A DNA stretch of 56,146 nucleotides from a virus. Under the pieces are notes generated by a model. It was not told the DNA's origin. It saw nothing but the letters and a program-made list of their open reading frames with translations, and ran no database searches. Where the stretch lies: the IMG/VR virus record IMGVR_UViG_3300029848_000009; one strand, written 5' to 3'. This document shows positions 8,178 to 16,984 of the stretch, in pieces (position 1 is the stretch's first letter; each line of letters opens with the position of its first letter). Position numbers and translations under genes: made by a program.

Positions 8178-9092
8178 ATGAGAAACACAAAAAAATTATT
8201 AGTAGCGATGGGATTGGCATTTGCCGTTTTGATTTCGGCTATGCCAATCCAAAATGCAGATGGGGAACAGATTGTTGCACAGGCGGCAACTATCAAATTA
8301 AGCAGAAAGACTCTTAATTTAAAAATTGGAGAATCCGCAACATTAAAGATAAGCGGAATGAGGAAAACTGCTAAATGGAGTAGTGGCAATAAATATGTTG
8401 CTTCTGTAAATAAGTCTGGAAAGGTTCTGGCGGTTGGAGAAGGAACGACGTACGTAAAAGCAAAAATTGCAAAGAAAACGCTTTCTTGCAAAGTTACCGT
8501 CACTTCTTCCTTTAATGCGAACAAGGTAAAGAAAAACATCTCAATTGAATACCAAGATAGTGGTCATGGAGTTGTTGCTATCTTGAAAAACAACAACAAG
8601 GTAAATGTTGATCTGGACGCAAAACTTGTATACTACAAAAACGGTAAAATGCTGGATAGCAAAAGTGATTGTAACAGAGCTTTTGAATCCGGTAAGGAAT
8701 GTGTTCTTTATTTTGACGCACCGAGCGACTCTGATTATAACGATGTTTCTTATGATAACTATAAAATGTCGTTGAGTGTTGATGAAGCAACAAATGCTGT
8801 TTGTGATGTTCGCAATATAATGGTTCAATCGGACATTGGAGCAGATAATGTTACGGTTGAAGCTACAAACGATTCCGGAAAAGATTTTTCATTTGTGAAA
8901 ATTTCTTGCGTAATGTATGATGCATCTGGCAACTTGATCAAATATGATTATCATTATGCAGAATGTGAAAAGAATGGAGATACAGATTATTTCTCGTTTA
9001 GTTTTCCGTACGATTCAAATTACGATACGATCTATCCGAGCAGCTATAAGATATATGTTGATGAAGCATATACATATACTTGGTTACAGTAA
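8178..9092 (+). CDS. Secreted/surface protein with signal peptide and Big_2 (bacterial Ig-like) domain
   Basis: ATG 8178 after AAAGGAG. MRNTKKLLVAMGLAFAVLISAMP is a signal-like N-terminus. TIKLSRKTLNLKIGESATLKISG...GTTYVKAKIAKKTLSCKVTV matches the Big_2 pattern. Confidence 0.65.
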   Translation: MRNTKKLLVAMGLAFAVLISAMPIQNADGEQIVAQAATIKLSRKTLNLKIGESATLKISGMRKTAKWSSGNKYVASVNKSGKVLAVGEGTTYVKAKIAKKTLSCKVTVTSSFNANKVKKNISIEYQDSGHGVVAILKNNNKVNVDLDAKLVYYKNGKMLDSKSDCNRAFESGKECVLYFDAPSDSDYNDVSYDNYKMSLSVDEATNAVCDVRNIMVQSDIGADNVTVEATNDSGKDFSFVKISCVMYDASGNLIKYDYHYAECEKNGDTDYFSFSFPYDSNYDTIYPSSYKIYVDEAYTYTWLQ

Positions 9093-9115
9093 AAATTGAA
9101 AGATAAATGATACTT

Positions 9116-9140
9116 AAGCCGTGGAAACACGGCTTATTTT
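9116..9140 (+). terminator. Intrinsic terminator after the Big_2 gene
   Basis: aagccgtg gaaa cacggctt followed by atttt. Confidence 0.75.
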
Positions 9141-9154
9141 AATTCAAAAGCGGA

Positions 9155-9183
9155 TTGACACAAAATCAAAAATAGTCTATCCT
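9155..9183 (+). promoter_or_regulatory. Sigma-A-type promoter (TTGACA, 17 nt, TATCCT)
   Basis: TTGACA at 9155-9160, 17-nt spacer, TATCCT at 9178-9183. Confidence 0.55.
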
Positions 9184-9248
9184 TATTACTAAGGAAACAA
9201 CTTTATCCGTGAAGATGCGGATTACTTACTTGAACGCCATACTGTACG

Positions 9249-9293
9249 AAAGAGGAAACCAATGTGATTTCACAAGCGGTTTCCTCTTTTTTA
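9249..9293 (+). terminator. Leader terminator/attenuator between the promoter and the antirepressor gene
   Basis: agaggaaacc (9251-9260) pairs with ggtttcctct (9278-9287), followed by tttttt. It lies about 30 nt upstream of ATG 9325. Confidence 0.7.
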
Positions 9294-9324
9294 TTCAGAT
9301 AAAAATGTATGGAGGTAGACACGA

Positions 9325-10125
9325 ATGAAAAAATCACAACTTATGCTTAAGATTCAAAACGGCATTGAGGTATTTGAGAATCCAATATTCGGACAGATCA
9401 GAATGGTCATGGTCGATGATGAACCTATGTTTTGCCTTATTGATGTTTGCAGGGCATTGGAAATGTCAAACAGCCGTATTGTTGCTGATAGACTAGACGA
9501 GGATGAACGACGTAAGTTAAACTTACCCCGTCAAGGAGAAACTTGGTTTGTTACTGAATCCGGCTTATATGCGGTTATTCTTCGGAGTGACAAACCGAAC
9601 GCAAAGAAGTTTCGCAAGTGGGTAACATCCGAGGTTCTTCCTACAATCCGTAAAACAGGTGGGTATGTCAATAATGATGAATTATTTATTTCCACTTACC
9701 TGCCGTATGCAGATGAAAACACTAAGCTGATATTTTCACAGACATTAAAAACTGTTAGAGAGCAGAACGAAACCATTAAAAGACAGAAGAAAGAAATCAT
9801 CCATAAGGAAGATGTTATTATCGGACTTGTTGATGATATTGACTTGGCAACTAAGAGACAGCGGATAACTCAGATTGTCCGTTTCGGTGCCGATGGAAAG
9901 TATCAAGAACGCTATTCGTTGCTTTATGGAGAATTTGAAAGGAAATATCACTGCAACCTTAAATCAAGGATGGAAGGGTGCGCACTCAAGCCAAAAGTAA
10001 GAAACAAGATGGATTATATCGACAGGGAAATGGGAATGATTCCGCAGTTGTACGAAATCGCTTGCAAACTTTTTGAAAACGATGTAGAAAAGCTGAAATC
10101 TGAATGGGAATCAGTAGTAGCTTAA
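9325..10125 (+). CDS. Bro-N domain antirepressor-like protein (C-terminal ORF6C-like region), moron in tail module
   Basis: FENPIFGQIRMVMVDDEPMFCLIDVCRALE...FRKWVTSEVLPTIRKTGGY is the classic Bro-N pattern. Has its own promoter and terminators. Confidence 0.75.
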   Translation: MKKSQLMLKIQNGIEVFENPIFGQIRMVMVDDEPMFCLIDVCRALEMSNSRIVADRLDEDERRKLNLPRQGETWFVTESGLYAVILRSDKPNAKKFRKWVTSEVLPTIRKTGGYVNNDELFISTYLPYADENTKLIFSQTLKTVREQNETIKRQKKEIIHKEDVIIGLVDDIDLATKRQRITQIVRFGADGKYQERYSLLYGEFERKYHCNLKSRMEGCALKPKVRNKMDYIDREMGMIPQLYEIACKLFENDVEKLKSEWESVVA

Positions 10126-10141
10126 AATTTAATCAAATGGA

Positions 10142-10173
10142 TAGCATCTACCAAACGGTAGGTGCTATTTTTA
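10142..10173 (+). terminator. Intrinsic terminator
   Basis: tagcatctacc aaac ggtaggtgcta followed by ttttta. Confidence 0.75.
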
Positions 10174-10196
10174 TACCCATTTTTAGGAGGTAAACG

Positions 10197-10613
10197 ATGG
10201 GATATGGCGGATATTTAGTAAAGTTTGGTGATTATACCATACCGAACAATTTAATAAAGCAGGACACGTTTAGTTCCTATGTAAACATGCAGGATAAAGA
10301 CCTTTGGACGGATGAAAACGGATATGAGCATCGTGATGCCGTGGAGCTGAAAGCCTTAAAGGTTGAGTTTGAAACCAAAGCCATGCTGACCGAAAAGCAG
10401 TTTGATGATTTTTGGAAGAATATTGAAAAGAACTATACCAAGGCAAAGGAGCGCGGCGGCTATATCACGGCATACGTGCCGGAAAAACGCGGATATGTGA
10501 CACAGTACGGATATATCGCTGATATTCAGCCTACGTTCTATTCTGTGGCACATGGGAAGATAAAGTATGACGCAATCAAATTTTCGTTTGTAGGTGGTGT
10601 ATATGATAAATAG
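10197..10613 (+). CDS. Distal tail protein (Dit) candidate, by position
   Basis: 138 aa with AGGAGG RBS. Overlaps the start of the large tail/baseplate protein. Confidence 0.45.
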   Translation: MGYGGYLVKFGDYTIPNNLIKQDTFSSYVNMQDKDLWTDENGYEHRDAVELKALKVEFETKAMLTEKQFDDFWKNIEKNYTKAKERGGYITAYVPEKRGYVTQYGYIADIQPTFYSVAHGKIKYDAIKFSFVGGVYDK

Positions 10614-12813
10614 CAATTTGAAAGAAAAGTATTGGGATTCCGCGACAGATAAGCAGATGGTCATATCTGTTGTTGGAACGAACCAGAAGATAGACAATTC
10701 GATGCTTGAAATCGGTACGTTTGCGCTTGAAGAAAGTCTTTGTTCGGAATCTGAATTAAAGTTTGGAGCGTGCGAAGCGAATTGTGTAAAATTCACAGCA
10801 CGAAACACCGCAGGAAACATTATTGGAAAGACAATCTCTATCGAAGAAACGATTGACGGAGATAGCCAAAATCCGATGCCATACGGAGTTTTTAAGGTTG
10901 CATCCGATGTTCCTACGGCTGACCGTACAAAACGGCAGATTACGGCATATGACGCTATGTACGACATTATTAATACAGATGTAAAGTCTTGGTATGCAGG
11001 ACTTAGCTTTCCAATGACATTAAGGCAGTTCCGCAATAGCTTCTTTGCACATCTTGGAATTGCGCAAGTTGAAACAAACCTTGTCAATGATTCCATGACG
11101 GTCAATAAGACGATTGTAGCCACACAGACGGACGATTCAAGCGCGGTTACAGAAGAGTCCTCTATCAGTGGGAAAACGGTTGTAACGGCAATCTGTGAGA
11201 TTAACGGATGCTTTGGAAATATCAACCGAGAAGGCAAGTTTGAGTATGTCTTTCTGAAAGCAATCACAAGCGCACTTTATCCGGCAGAAGATTTATTTCC
11301 GTCTGACAATTTGTTTCCGTCTGATGCAAACACAGAGTCCATGACCGGACACTACATCACGTTTGATTATGAGGACTTCCAAAGCAAGGCAATCACACAG
11401 CTTGAAATCAAGACAAGTGAAGATAATGCCGGTGCTATTGTTGGAACTGCCGGAAACAACTATTCGATTACAGGAAATTTTCTTGTATCAGATAAGACCG
11501 GAGCAGAGCTGGAACAGATTGCGAATAACCTATTGCCAATCATGAAACAGGCGGCATACACACCGATTAAAAGTTGCACCTGTGTCGGAAATCCATGTCT
11601 GACACTTGGGGAACCAATCCGATTCAATACCACGAGAGAGATTGTTGAAACGTATCTATTGCAACGCACTTTAACCGGAGTACAAAGCAAGAGAGATTCA
11701 ATCTCGGCACAGGGAACGCAGACGCACTCTGCAAAGGTCAATTCTATCAGAGACACGATTGAAAGTGTGGAAAGACGTACCGGAAAGTTAGAGAGGAACG
11801 CAGACCATCTTCAATCCGCGTATGAGGATTTAGAAGACCAGACAAATACCAAGTTTGAGCAGACCGCAAAGAGCATTTCCGCAGAAGTCAATCGAGCACA
11901 AAAAGCAGAAGGCGAATTGGATGCGTCCTTGGAATTAAAGTTAGGCAGAGACGAGAACGACCAAGTTATTTCTATGATCAATGCCAGCGCAGACCAGATT
12001 ATGCTTCGTGGGAACAGGCTCATAGTCGAAAGCAACAACTTCAGACTTGATGGAGCTGGACGAGTAACAATAATCGATTCGCTAAACTTTAATTCGACAG
12101 CGCTCGGTGATGACCTTACAATTATTGGGCTTGACGGAAGAGGCAGACCCATGCTGCAAAACATACTCATTGACCTAGGCACTGTAACAGATTCAAACGA
12201 GGAAAACTTGGCAACTGAAAGTTATGTTGACAATTCGCTGAGCGACTACGCAACCAAAAGCGAATTGCCAAGTGGGTATTTTACAGATGTAGATTATACA
12301 CTTAATGATAGCTCTACAACCAAGTATTCGCCCAGACACTTTAATAAAGTGTCTAATTTTGGCTCGAGGGAAAGTACCTTGGATATCGAGGGTCTTTTGA
12401 TTTCTATTCCGAGTTCCGATAAAAGGCTGAAAAATAATATACAATCATTAAGGGATATTAAAAGCGTTTATATGGCAATGTGCCCGGTTGAATATACATG
12501 GAAACCCGGATACATCACGCAACACACAGGCTTACAGTTTGGTTTAATTGCGCAGGATTTAGAGAAGATTTTGCAGGATGCCGGATTGTCCGATAGCGGA
12601 CTTGTACTAAAAGAAAATGCCGAAGAGGATGAAAAAGCAATTCACGGAGATTCAAAGACATGGAAAATTGACAAGGAAAATCTCCATGCAATGCACATAC
12701 AGATGATCCAGATGCAGCAGAAAGAAATCGAACTTTTGCAGCAGAAAAACGAAGATCTGGAACGCAGATTATCAGCGTTAGAAAGGAGTGTGAACCATGC
12801 AGAAAATTTATAG
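10603..12813 (+). CDS. Tail-associated (Tal-like) protein with C-terminal peptidase_S74 intramolecular chaperone domain
   Basis: About 736 aa. C-terminus SSDKRLKNNIQSL...YTWKPGY...QFGLIAQDLEKILQDAG plus a coiled coil matches the S74 autoproteolytic chaperone pattern. The track start GTG 10594 is an alternative. Confidence 0.75.
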   Translation: MINSNLKEKYWDSATDKQMVISVVGTNQKIDNSMLEIGTFALEESLCSESELKFGACEANCVKFTARNTAGNIIGKTISIEETIDGDSQNPMPYGVFKVASDVPTADRTKRQITAYDAMYDIINTDVKSWYAGLSFPMTLRQFRNSFFAHLGIAQVETNLVNDSMTVNKTIVATQTDDSSAVTEESSISGKTVVTAICEINGCFGNINREGKFEYVFLKAITSALYPAEDLFPSDNLFPSDANTESMTGHYITFDYEDFQSKAITQLEIKTSEDNAGAIVGTAGNNYSITGNFLVSDKTGAELEQIANNLLPIMKQAAYTPIKSCTCVGNPCLTLGEPIRFNTTREIVETYLLQRTLTGVQSKRDSISAQGTQTHSAKVNSIRDTIESVERRTGKLERNADHLQSAYEDLEDQTNTKFEQTAKSISAEVNRAQKAEGELDASLELKLGRDENDQVISMINASADQIMLRGNRLIVESNNFRLDGAGRVTIIDSLNFNSTALGDDLTIIGLDGRGRPMLQNILIDLGTVTDSNEENLATESYVDNSLSDYATKSELPSGYFTDVDYTLNDSSTTKYSPRHFNKVSNFGSRESTLDIEGLLISIPSSDKRLKNNIQSLRDIKSVYMAMCPVEYTWKPGYITQHTGLQFGLIAQDLEKILQDAGLSDSGLVLKENAEEDEKAIHGDSKTWKIDKENLHAMHIQMIQMQQKEIELLQQKNEDLERRLSALERSVNHAENL

Positions 12814-13528
12814 CCGGACATACTGGGAGAATTTTCCAAGCGAGAAAACAGCAATTGATGCCATGCGGTTAAATAATGCGGAAGCCGGCATTGACAATCT
12901 GGATGATCGTGTGGTTGCTATGGATGCGTCTAAGGTTGATTTGGCAAAGGCAAATGAGCTTGTGAAAGAAATTCTGTGGGATGAATCAAAGGGAACGATC
13001 ACTGTTGTGAAAATGAACGGTTCCAAAGCAGTCATTGATACTAAGTTGGAAAAGCTGGCCGTAAACTTTACATATGATCCGCAGTCGCAGCAGTTGATTA
13101 TCACGCTGGACGATGGCGCAACGCAGAATGTTGATTTGTCCGCTCTGATCACGCAGTATGAATTTATAGATAGCAATACCATTGCATTTGAAATTAGCAG
13201 TGACGGTAAGGTGTCCGCAATCGTGAAAGAGGGAAGTATCCAAGAAAAGCATCTGCGCCCAGATTATCTTGCAGATATTAAAGTGGAATCTGCCAAGGCG
13301 GTAGCATCTGCCAAAAGCGCAGGGGTGTCCGAAACCAATGCTGCAAAATCCGCCACAGATGCCAAGGACAGCGCAGACCGAGCACAGGGAATCGAAGACG
13401 AGATTAACAAGAAACTCACAATGACAGAATTTGATGTGAATGAGGATGGGGAGTTGATTTACATGGACAATGCGGCATATAACTTTTTCGTTGACAATGA
13501 CGGAAATTTGAATTGGGAGGTGGCTTAG
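12797..13528 (+). CDS. Tail fibre / baseplate protein
   Basis: N-terminal YWENFPSEKTAIDAMRLNNAEAGIDNL motif is common at phage fibre N-termini. Lies in the fibre block. Confidence 0.6.
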   Translation: MQKIYSRTYWENFPSEKTAIDAMRLNNAEAGIDNLDDRVVAMDASKVDLAKANELVKEILWDESKGTITVVKMNGSKAVIDTKLEKLAVNFTYDPQSQQLIITLDDGATQNVDLSALITQYEFIDSNTIAFEISSDGKVSAIVKEGSIQEKHLRPDYLADIKVESAKAVASAKSAGVSETNAAKSATDAKDSADRAQGIEDEINKKLTMTEFDVNEDGELIYMDNAAYNFFVDNDGNLNWEVA

Positions 13529-13529
13529 A

Positions 13530-14492
13530 ATGGCTATAGCAGGAAGAGTGGCGATTGTACCAAAGGGCGATTGGAGCGCAGATGCTACATATAAGAGATT
13601 GGATGCAGTAACTTATAATAACACATTGTATTTTGCGAAAAAAGAAGTTCCGGCAGGAACAGCAACGAGCAATACGGAATATTGGTCGAAATCTATCGTG
13701 GGCGGTGCTAGTGCGATTGCAACAACAGAGGATGCCGGAGTTGTAAAGCCGGACGGAAAGAGCATGAGCGTAGATGAAAGCGGAACGCTTAGCATTAACT
13801 TGGATGGAACTACAATCACATTAGATGAAGCGAAAAACGTCATAAAGTTGGCAGATACACTAAAAGAAAAGATCGGAAGCGCACTGCAGCCTGAAAGCAT
13901 TGCCAATAACCAGACAACAACTGAAGCAGGATTCGCCTTAGACGCTAGACAGGCTAATCCAAACGTGGATGGAACTTTGGCTAAACAGTTAAGTAATGCT
14001 GCTACTAAAACTGAAGTGAGAGCTTTAAATCCAGCCGATAGTATTAAGATATGCAGCCACTTTTCAATTGGCAAACTTGGAGAAGGATGGTATAGATCTG
14101 CTGAAATAGTTTGTGATACTGATACAGTTGCCAAAGGAGCAAATAGTTTATTCATAGAAATGTTAATAAACCAATTCTGGAATGTACAAGTTGGATGCTT
14201 TCAAAGGGTGCAAATAATTACAAAACACTCAGATAAAGCCAGCATTTCTAGCATAGGTCTTGGAACATTAAACATAACAAAAGTTAGAGTTGTTAGAAAA
14301 GTCAACATTTTATATTTGGATATATTCAGCAGAGGGTATGATGATGCAACTAAACTGTTAGTAAATATACCAACGCCTACTTACGTTACTTCGGCAAGAG
14401 CTTATGATGATATGAAAGTTGTTCCAGAAACTGCTGACGGAGAAACAATTGTGCGAAGTATCGAACTTAAAGATAACTTTACAGGTGCATAA
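13530..14492 (+). CDS. Tail fibre / receptor-binding protein candidate
   Basis: N-terminal KGDWSADATYKRLDAVTYNNTLYFAKK...EYW fibre-type motif. Last large structural gene. Confidence 0.6.
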   Translation: MAIAGRVAIVPKGDWSADATYKRLDAVTYNNTLYFAKKEVPAGTATSNTEYWSKSIVGGASAIATTEDAGVVKPDGKSMSVDESGTLSINLDGTTITLDEAKNVIKLADTLKEKIGSALQPESIANNQTTTEAGFALDARQANPNVDGTLAKQLSNAATKTEVRALNPADSIKICSHFSIGKLGEGWYRSAEIVCDTDTVAKGANSLFIEMLINQFWNVQVGCFQRVQIITKHSDKASISSIGLGTLNITKVRVVRKVNILYLDIFSRGYDDATKLLVNIPTPTYVTSARAYDDMKVVPETADGETIVRSIELKDNFTGA

Positions 14493-14547
14493 TCTAGGAA
14501 AACTAAAGATATACCTAAACCATTTCACGCATAGAAAGGAAGATATT

Positions 14548-14928
14548 ATGGATAAAATTATTTTAGCTAACAAAACTGAATTTGAGATTGCTGATGGAGC
14601 TAGCCTCTCATCTATTAAGATCCAGGCTGAGAACTTCGATGCTATCAAGACAATCACTGATGCCTTTACTGAGGCTAATCTGAAGGAAGTGACGTTCACT
14701 CATAATGCTGCAGAGTCTGGAAAGTACGCAGATATGAAATCCGATGGATTTACATATATGCCGAACGTGGGAGAGGATGGCGCAGAGGATGGTACGTACA
14801 CAGTAACGGTCAGCTTGAGGACTAAGACGGAAATGGAAAAGGCAATTGATGAGCTTAAAGCAGGACACGAAGCAAACGCAGAAGCAATCGAAGAACTGGC
14901 AAGCATTACCGCAGGAAGTGAGGTGTAG
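14548..14928 (+). CDS. Hypothetical protein (XkdW-like position between fibre and XkdX)
   Basis: ATG 14548 after AAGGAAG, same frame as track ORF 14419-14928. Confidence 0.5.
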   Translation: MDKIILANKTEFEIADGASLSSIKIQAENFDAIKTITDAFTEANLKEVTFTHNAAESGKYADMKSDGFTYMPNVGEDGAEDGTYTVTVSLRTKTEMEKAIDELKAGHEANAEAIEELASITAGSEV

Positions 14929-14931
14929 GAT

Positions 14932-15057
14932 ATGGTTAAATTTTATGTAAGACGTATTCTTATCGACAAGAAAATGACGATTGATGAAGTGCCTATGCGT
15001 TGGCGCGCAAAAGTGCAAGAAGAGATTGAGAAACAGCTTTCCGCTTCTCTGCAATGA
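14932..15057 (+). CDS. xkdX: XkdX-family small protein
   Basis: 41 aa, below the track cutoff: MVKFYVRRILIDKKMTIDEVPMRWRAKVQEEIEKQLSASLQ. Size, position and pattern match XkdX-type proteins. Confidence 0.55.
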   Translation: MVKFYVRRILIDKKMTIDEVPMRWRAKVQEEIEKQLSASLQ

Positions 15058-15089
15058 TGTTTTCTGTCGAAACTTGCGACCGAAAAATG

Positions 15090-15119
15090 TTGAAATCATG
15101 CATATTACAGTGATACTAT
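15090..15119 (+). promoter_or_regulatory. Promoter (TTGAAA, 18 nt, TGaTACTAT extended -10)
   Basis: TTGAAA at 15090-15095. TACTAT at 15114-15119, preceded by TG. Confidence 0.5.
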
Positions 15120-15246
15120 GGACTTGTCCGAAAGGACACTTCAAGTTCTGGCATGGGTGGGGTTTGGCATGGCTCCGCCCATAATTGGGGATTGACTATG
15201 CAGAACATACGTTCTATAATGGGGTATAAGGATTGGGGGTTTTGTT

Positions 15247-15357
15247 ATGGACTTTAAAAAGATGATAATTGAATTACTTGATAAAATCGATGATTCAAAG
15301 ATTTTGCGTTATATCTACATAATAATTTCTGACATTGTAAAGGAGATTGAGAAATGA
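15247..15357 (+). CDS. Small hypothetical protein (36 aa)
   Basis: MDFKKMIIELLDKIDDSKILRYIYIIISDIVKEIEK. ATGA overlap with the next ORF. Confidence 0.35.
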   Translation: MDFKKMIIELLDKIDDSKILRYIYIIISDIVKEIEK

Positions 15358-15608
15358 AAAATTCAAAACTTGAAATCAGGTCAATTGATGAAGATAGCAT
15401 TTATTGCGAAGTTTTGATTGACGGTCATGTTGTGCATGGAGTGCGCAGTATACGATTTGAAAAGAAAGCGCAATCCATGCCTGTTGTTCACCTTGATTTT
15501 AATTGCATCAATATGTCAATAGACTCTCCGTTTGTTACAAGATTAGAAGGAAATGACGGAGAGAGCGAGATTGAGATTAAATTTAAGAATCAAGACCACG
15601 CCATATAG
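15354..15608 (+). CDS. Hypothetical protein
   Basis: 84-aa ORF with GGAGATTGAGAA upstream. Confidence 0.5.
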   Translation: MKNSKLEIRSIDEDSIYCEVLIDGHVVHGVRSIRFEKKAQSMPVVHLDFNCINMSIDSPFVTRLEGNDGESEIEIKFKNQDHAI

Positions 15609-15771
15609 GGCAATCGTTTCTTTCGCAATGATACGTTGTGTCGCTATAACCGCAACGTATCTTGCCTTTTGCGTATACAGTTCCTTCGTTGCTATTGTAT
15701 GGAACTTGTTCAACTTCTATTGTAACATTTTTATTAACCAATTCACAAAATCCATATTCTTTTCTATACAT
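15583..15771 (-). CDS. Small Cys-containing protein co-transcribed downstream of the repressor
   Basis: 62 aa. Starts 3 nt after the repressor stop and converges on 15354-15608. Confidence 0.4.
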   Translation of the reverse strand: MYRKEYGFCELVNKNVTIEVEQVPYNSNEGTVYAKGKIRCGYSDTTYHCERNDCPIWRGLDS

Positions 15772-15773
15772 AA

Positions 15774-16109
15774 CTATTCCTCACTCAATAAATCAATCAA
15801 TTCAAAAACGTGCTTTTTCTTCTTATCTGAAAGGGCAAGTATCTTTTTTATGGCGTTTTCCAAGTCTGCATCGTTTCTTATTTTAGATATAAGATGAGCC
15901 GATTCATCTGAAAATGCGGAGTTTTCTTCGCCTGTCAATATCCAATCTGTACTCACTCCAAAATATTCAGCAATTTTTATTATTCTCGATGATGGAATAT
16001 CCTTCGGTTTTGATATAGAGCCGTTGCTAAATTCCAGCTTTTCTTCTAGGGCAGTCATGCTAATCCCTGATTTTTTGCATAATAACCTAATTCTTTCTAG
16101 CGGTGTCAT
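15774..16109 (-). CDS. CI-like repressor (XRE-family HTH)
   Basis: ATG 16109 after GGAGGGAAATT. MTPLERIRLLCKKSGISMTALEEKLEFSNGSISK is an HTH. Divergent from the Cro-like gene across an operator array. Confidence 0.8.
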   Translation of the reverse strand: MTPLERIRLLCKKSGISMTALEEKLEFSNGSISKPKDIPSSRIIKIAEYFGVSTDWILTGEENSAFSDESAHLISKIRNDADLENAIKKILALSDKKKKHVFELIDLLSEE

Positions 16110-16127
16110 AATTTCCCTCCATTTCAC

Positions 16128-16292
16128 TAGAACAATTTCTATAAAATGGGTTGACAAACTAGAACATCTTCTATATAATGGCTTTATCAACTAGAAAATG
16201 TTCTACGAAATATAAATAGAGACTGTTCTTAAATTCATTTGGCAAACTTATTTTAGAATATTATCTACATTATGTCAATAGAATATTTTCTA
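16128..16292. promoter_or_regulatory. Genetic-switch region: five TAGAA-N4-TTCTA operators plus rightward promoter TTGACA(16151-16156)/TATAAT(16174-16179)
   Basis: O1 16128-16141 TAGAACAATTTCTA. O2 16160-16173 TAGAACATCTTCTA. O3 16192-16205 TAGAAAATGTTCTA. O4 16254-16267 TAGAATATTATCTA. O5 16279-16292 TAGAATATTTTCTA. Confidence 0.75.
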
Positions 16293-16318
16293 AGTCTATA
16301 GAAAAGGAGGTATGCGAT

Positions 16319-16501
16319 TTGCTTTACGACAAAATCAAGCAGCTTTGCAATGAAAAGGGTACAAACATTATGAGAGTCGAGAAAGAAGCAGGACTTAGCA
16401 ATGCTACAATCCGCAAATGGAACGAATCTTGCCCTAGTGCAGAAAACCTTAACGCCGTTGCAAAGGTTTTAAATGTAACTGTTGATTCTCTTCTTAATTA
16501 G
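16319..16501 (+). CDS. Cro-like XRE-family HTH regulator
   Basis: TTG start 9 nt after AAGGAGG. LYDKIKQLCNEKGTNIMRVEKEAGLSNATIRKW is an HTH. Confidence 0.75.
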   Translation: MLYDKIKQLCNEKGTNIMRVEKEAGLSNATIRKWNESCPSAENLNAVAKVLNVTVDSLLN

Positions 16502-16517
16502 AAAGGAACTGAAAAGA

Positions 16518-16745
16518 ATGGAAGGAAAAAGATACCGGCTTTTAGACGAAGAAGGAAAAGCCGTAATCGTAAAGAAAGACAAGGATAGATACATCGGTCT
16601 TGATGAATTGGCACAGCATATAGCAATGGATATTGTTGATGATTACCAAAGTATTTTGGATGGCGATAAGAAAATCGAAGATACAAACATTGAATTATCC
16701 GTCAAAGTTCTTACCGCCATTTCTCCGGTCATTAAAACATGTTAG
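16518..16745 (+). CDS. Hypothetical early protein
   Basis: ATG 16518 after GAAAGGAA, same frame as track ORF 16482-16745. Confidence 0.5.
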   Translation: MEGKRYRLLDEEGKAVIVKKDKDRYIGLDELAQHIAMDIVDDYQSILDGDKKIEDTNIELSVKVLTAISPVIKTC

Positions 16746-16930
16746 AAATGTTTTATGTTACGGAATGGGTTTTCTGCCACCTCTACGCTGGATAATTGAT
16801 TTTCTTCTTTGGGTAGAGATTTTTTGATTTCTTCGCAGTATTGGTCGTACTTGGTTTTGAAATCACCGAAAGAATCATTACATCCACAAATTTTAGCGAT
16901 AGCGTAGGCAGATACATATTCATTGTTCAA
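16742..16930 (-). CDS. Hypothetical small protein
   Basis: 62-aa ORF with GGGAGGTGAA RBS on the - strand. Confidence 0.5.
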   Translation of the reverse strand: MNNEYVSAYAIAKICGCNDSFGDFKTKYDQYCEEIKKSLPKEENQLSSVEVAENPFRNIKHF

Positions 16931-16984
16931 AAATTCACCTCCCTTATTTGATGATAAGGGGATTATACCACAGAAAGGAGATTT

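Noticed and set aside
10356-11267. 303-aa minus-strand ORF opposite the Dit and Tal genes
   Set aside because: It lies entirely antisense to two well-supported structural genes. It has no RBS and no recognisable motifs.
12797-14492. Diversity-generating retroelement targeting the tail fibre genes
   Set aside because: No reverse transcriptase motif (YxDD) appears in any ORF. No template/variable repeat pair with adenine-specific mismatches was seen near the fibre C-termini.
15553-15897. Plus-strand ORFs 15553-15897 and 15662-15886
   Set aside because: They are antisense to the repressor operon and hydrophobic or low-complexity, with no RBS. The minus-strand HTH repressor reading is clearly the real one.
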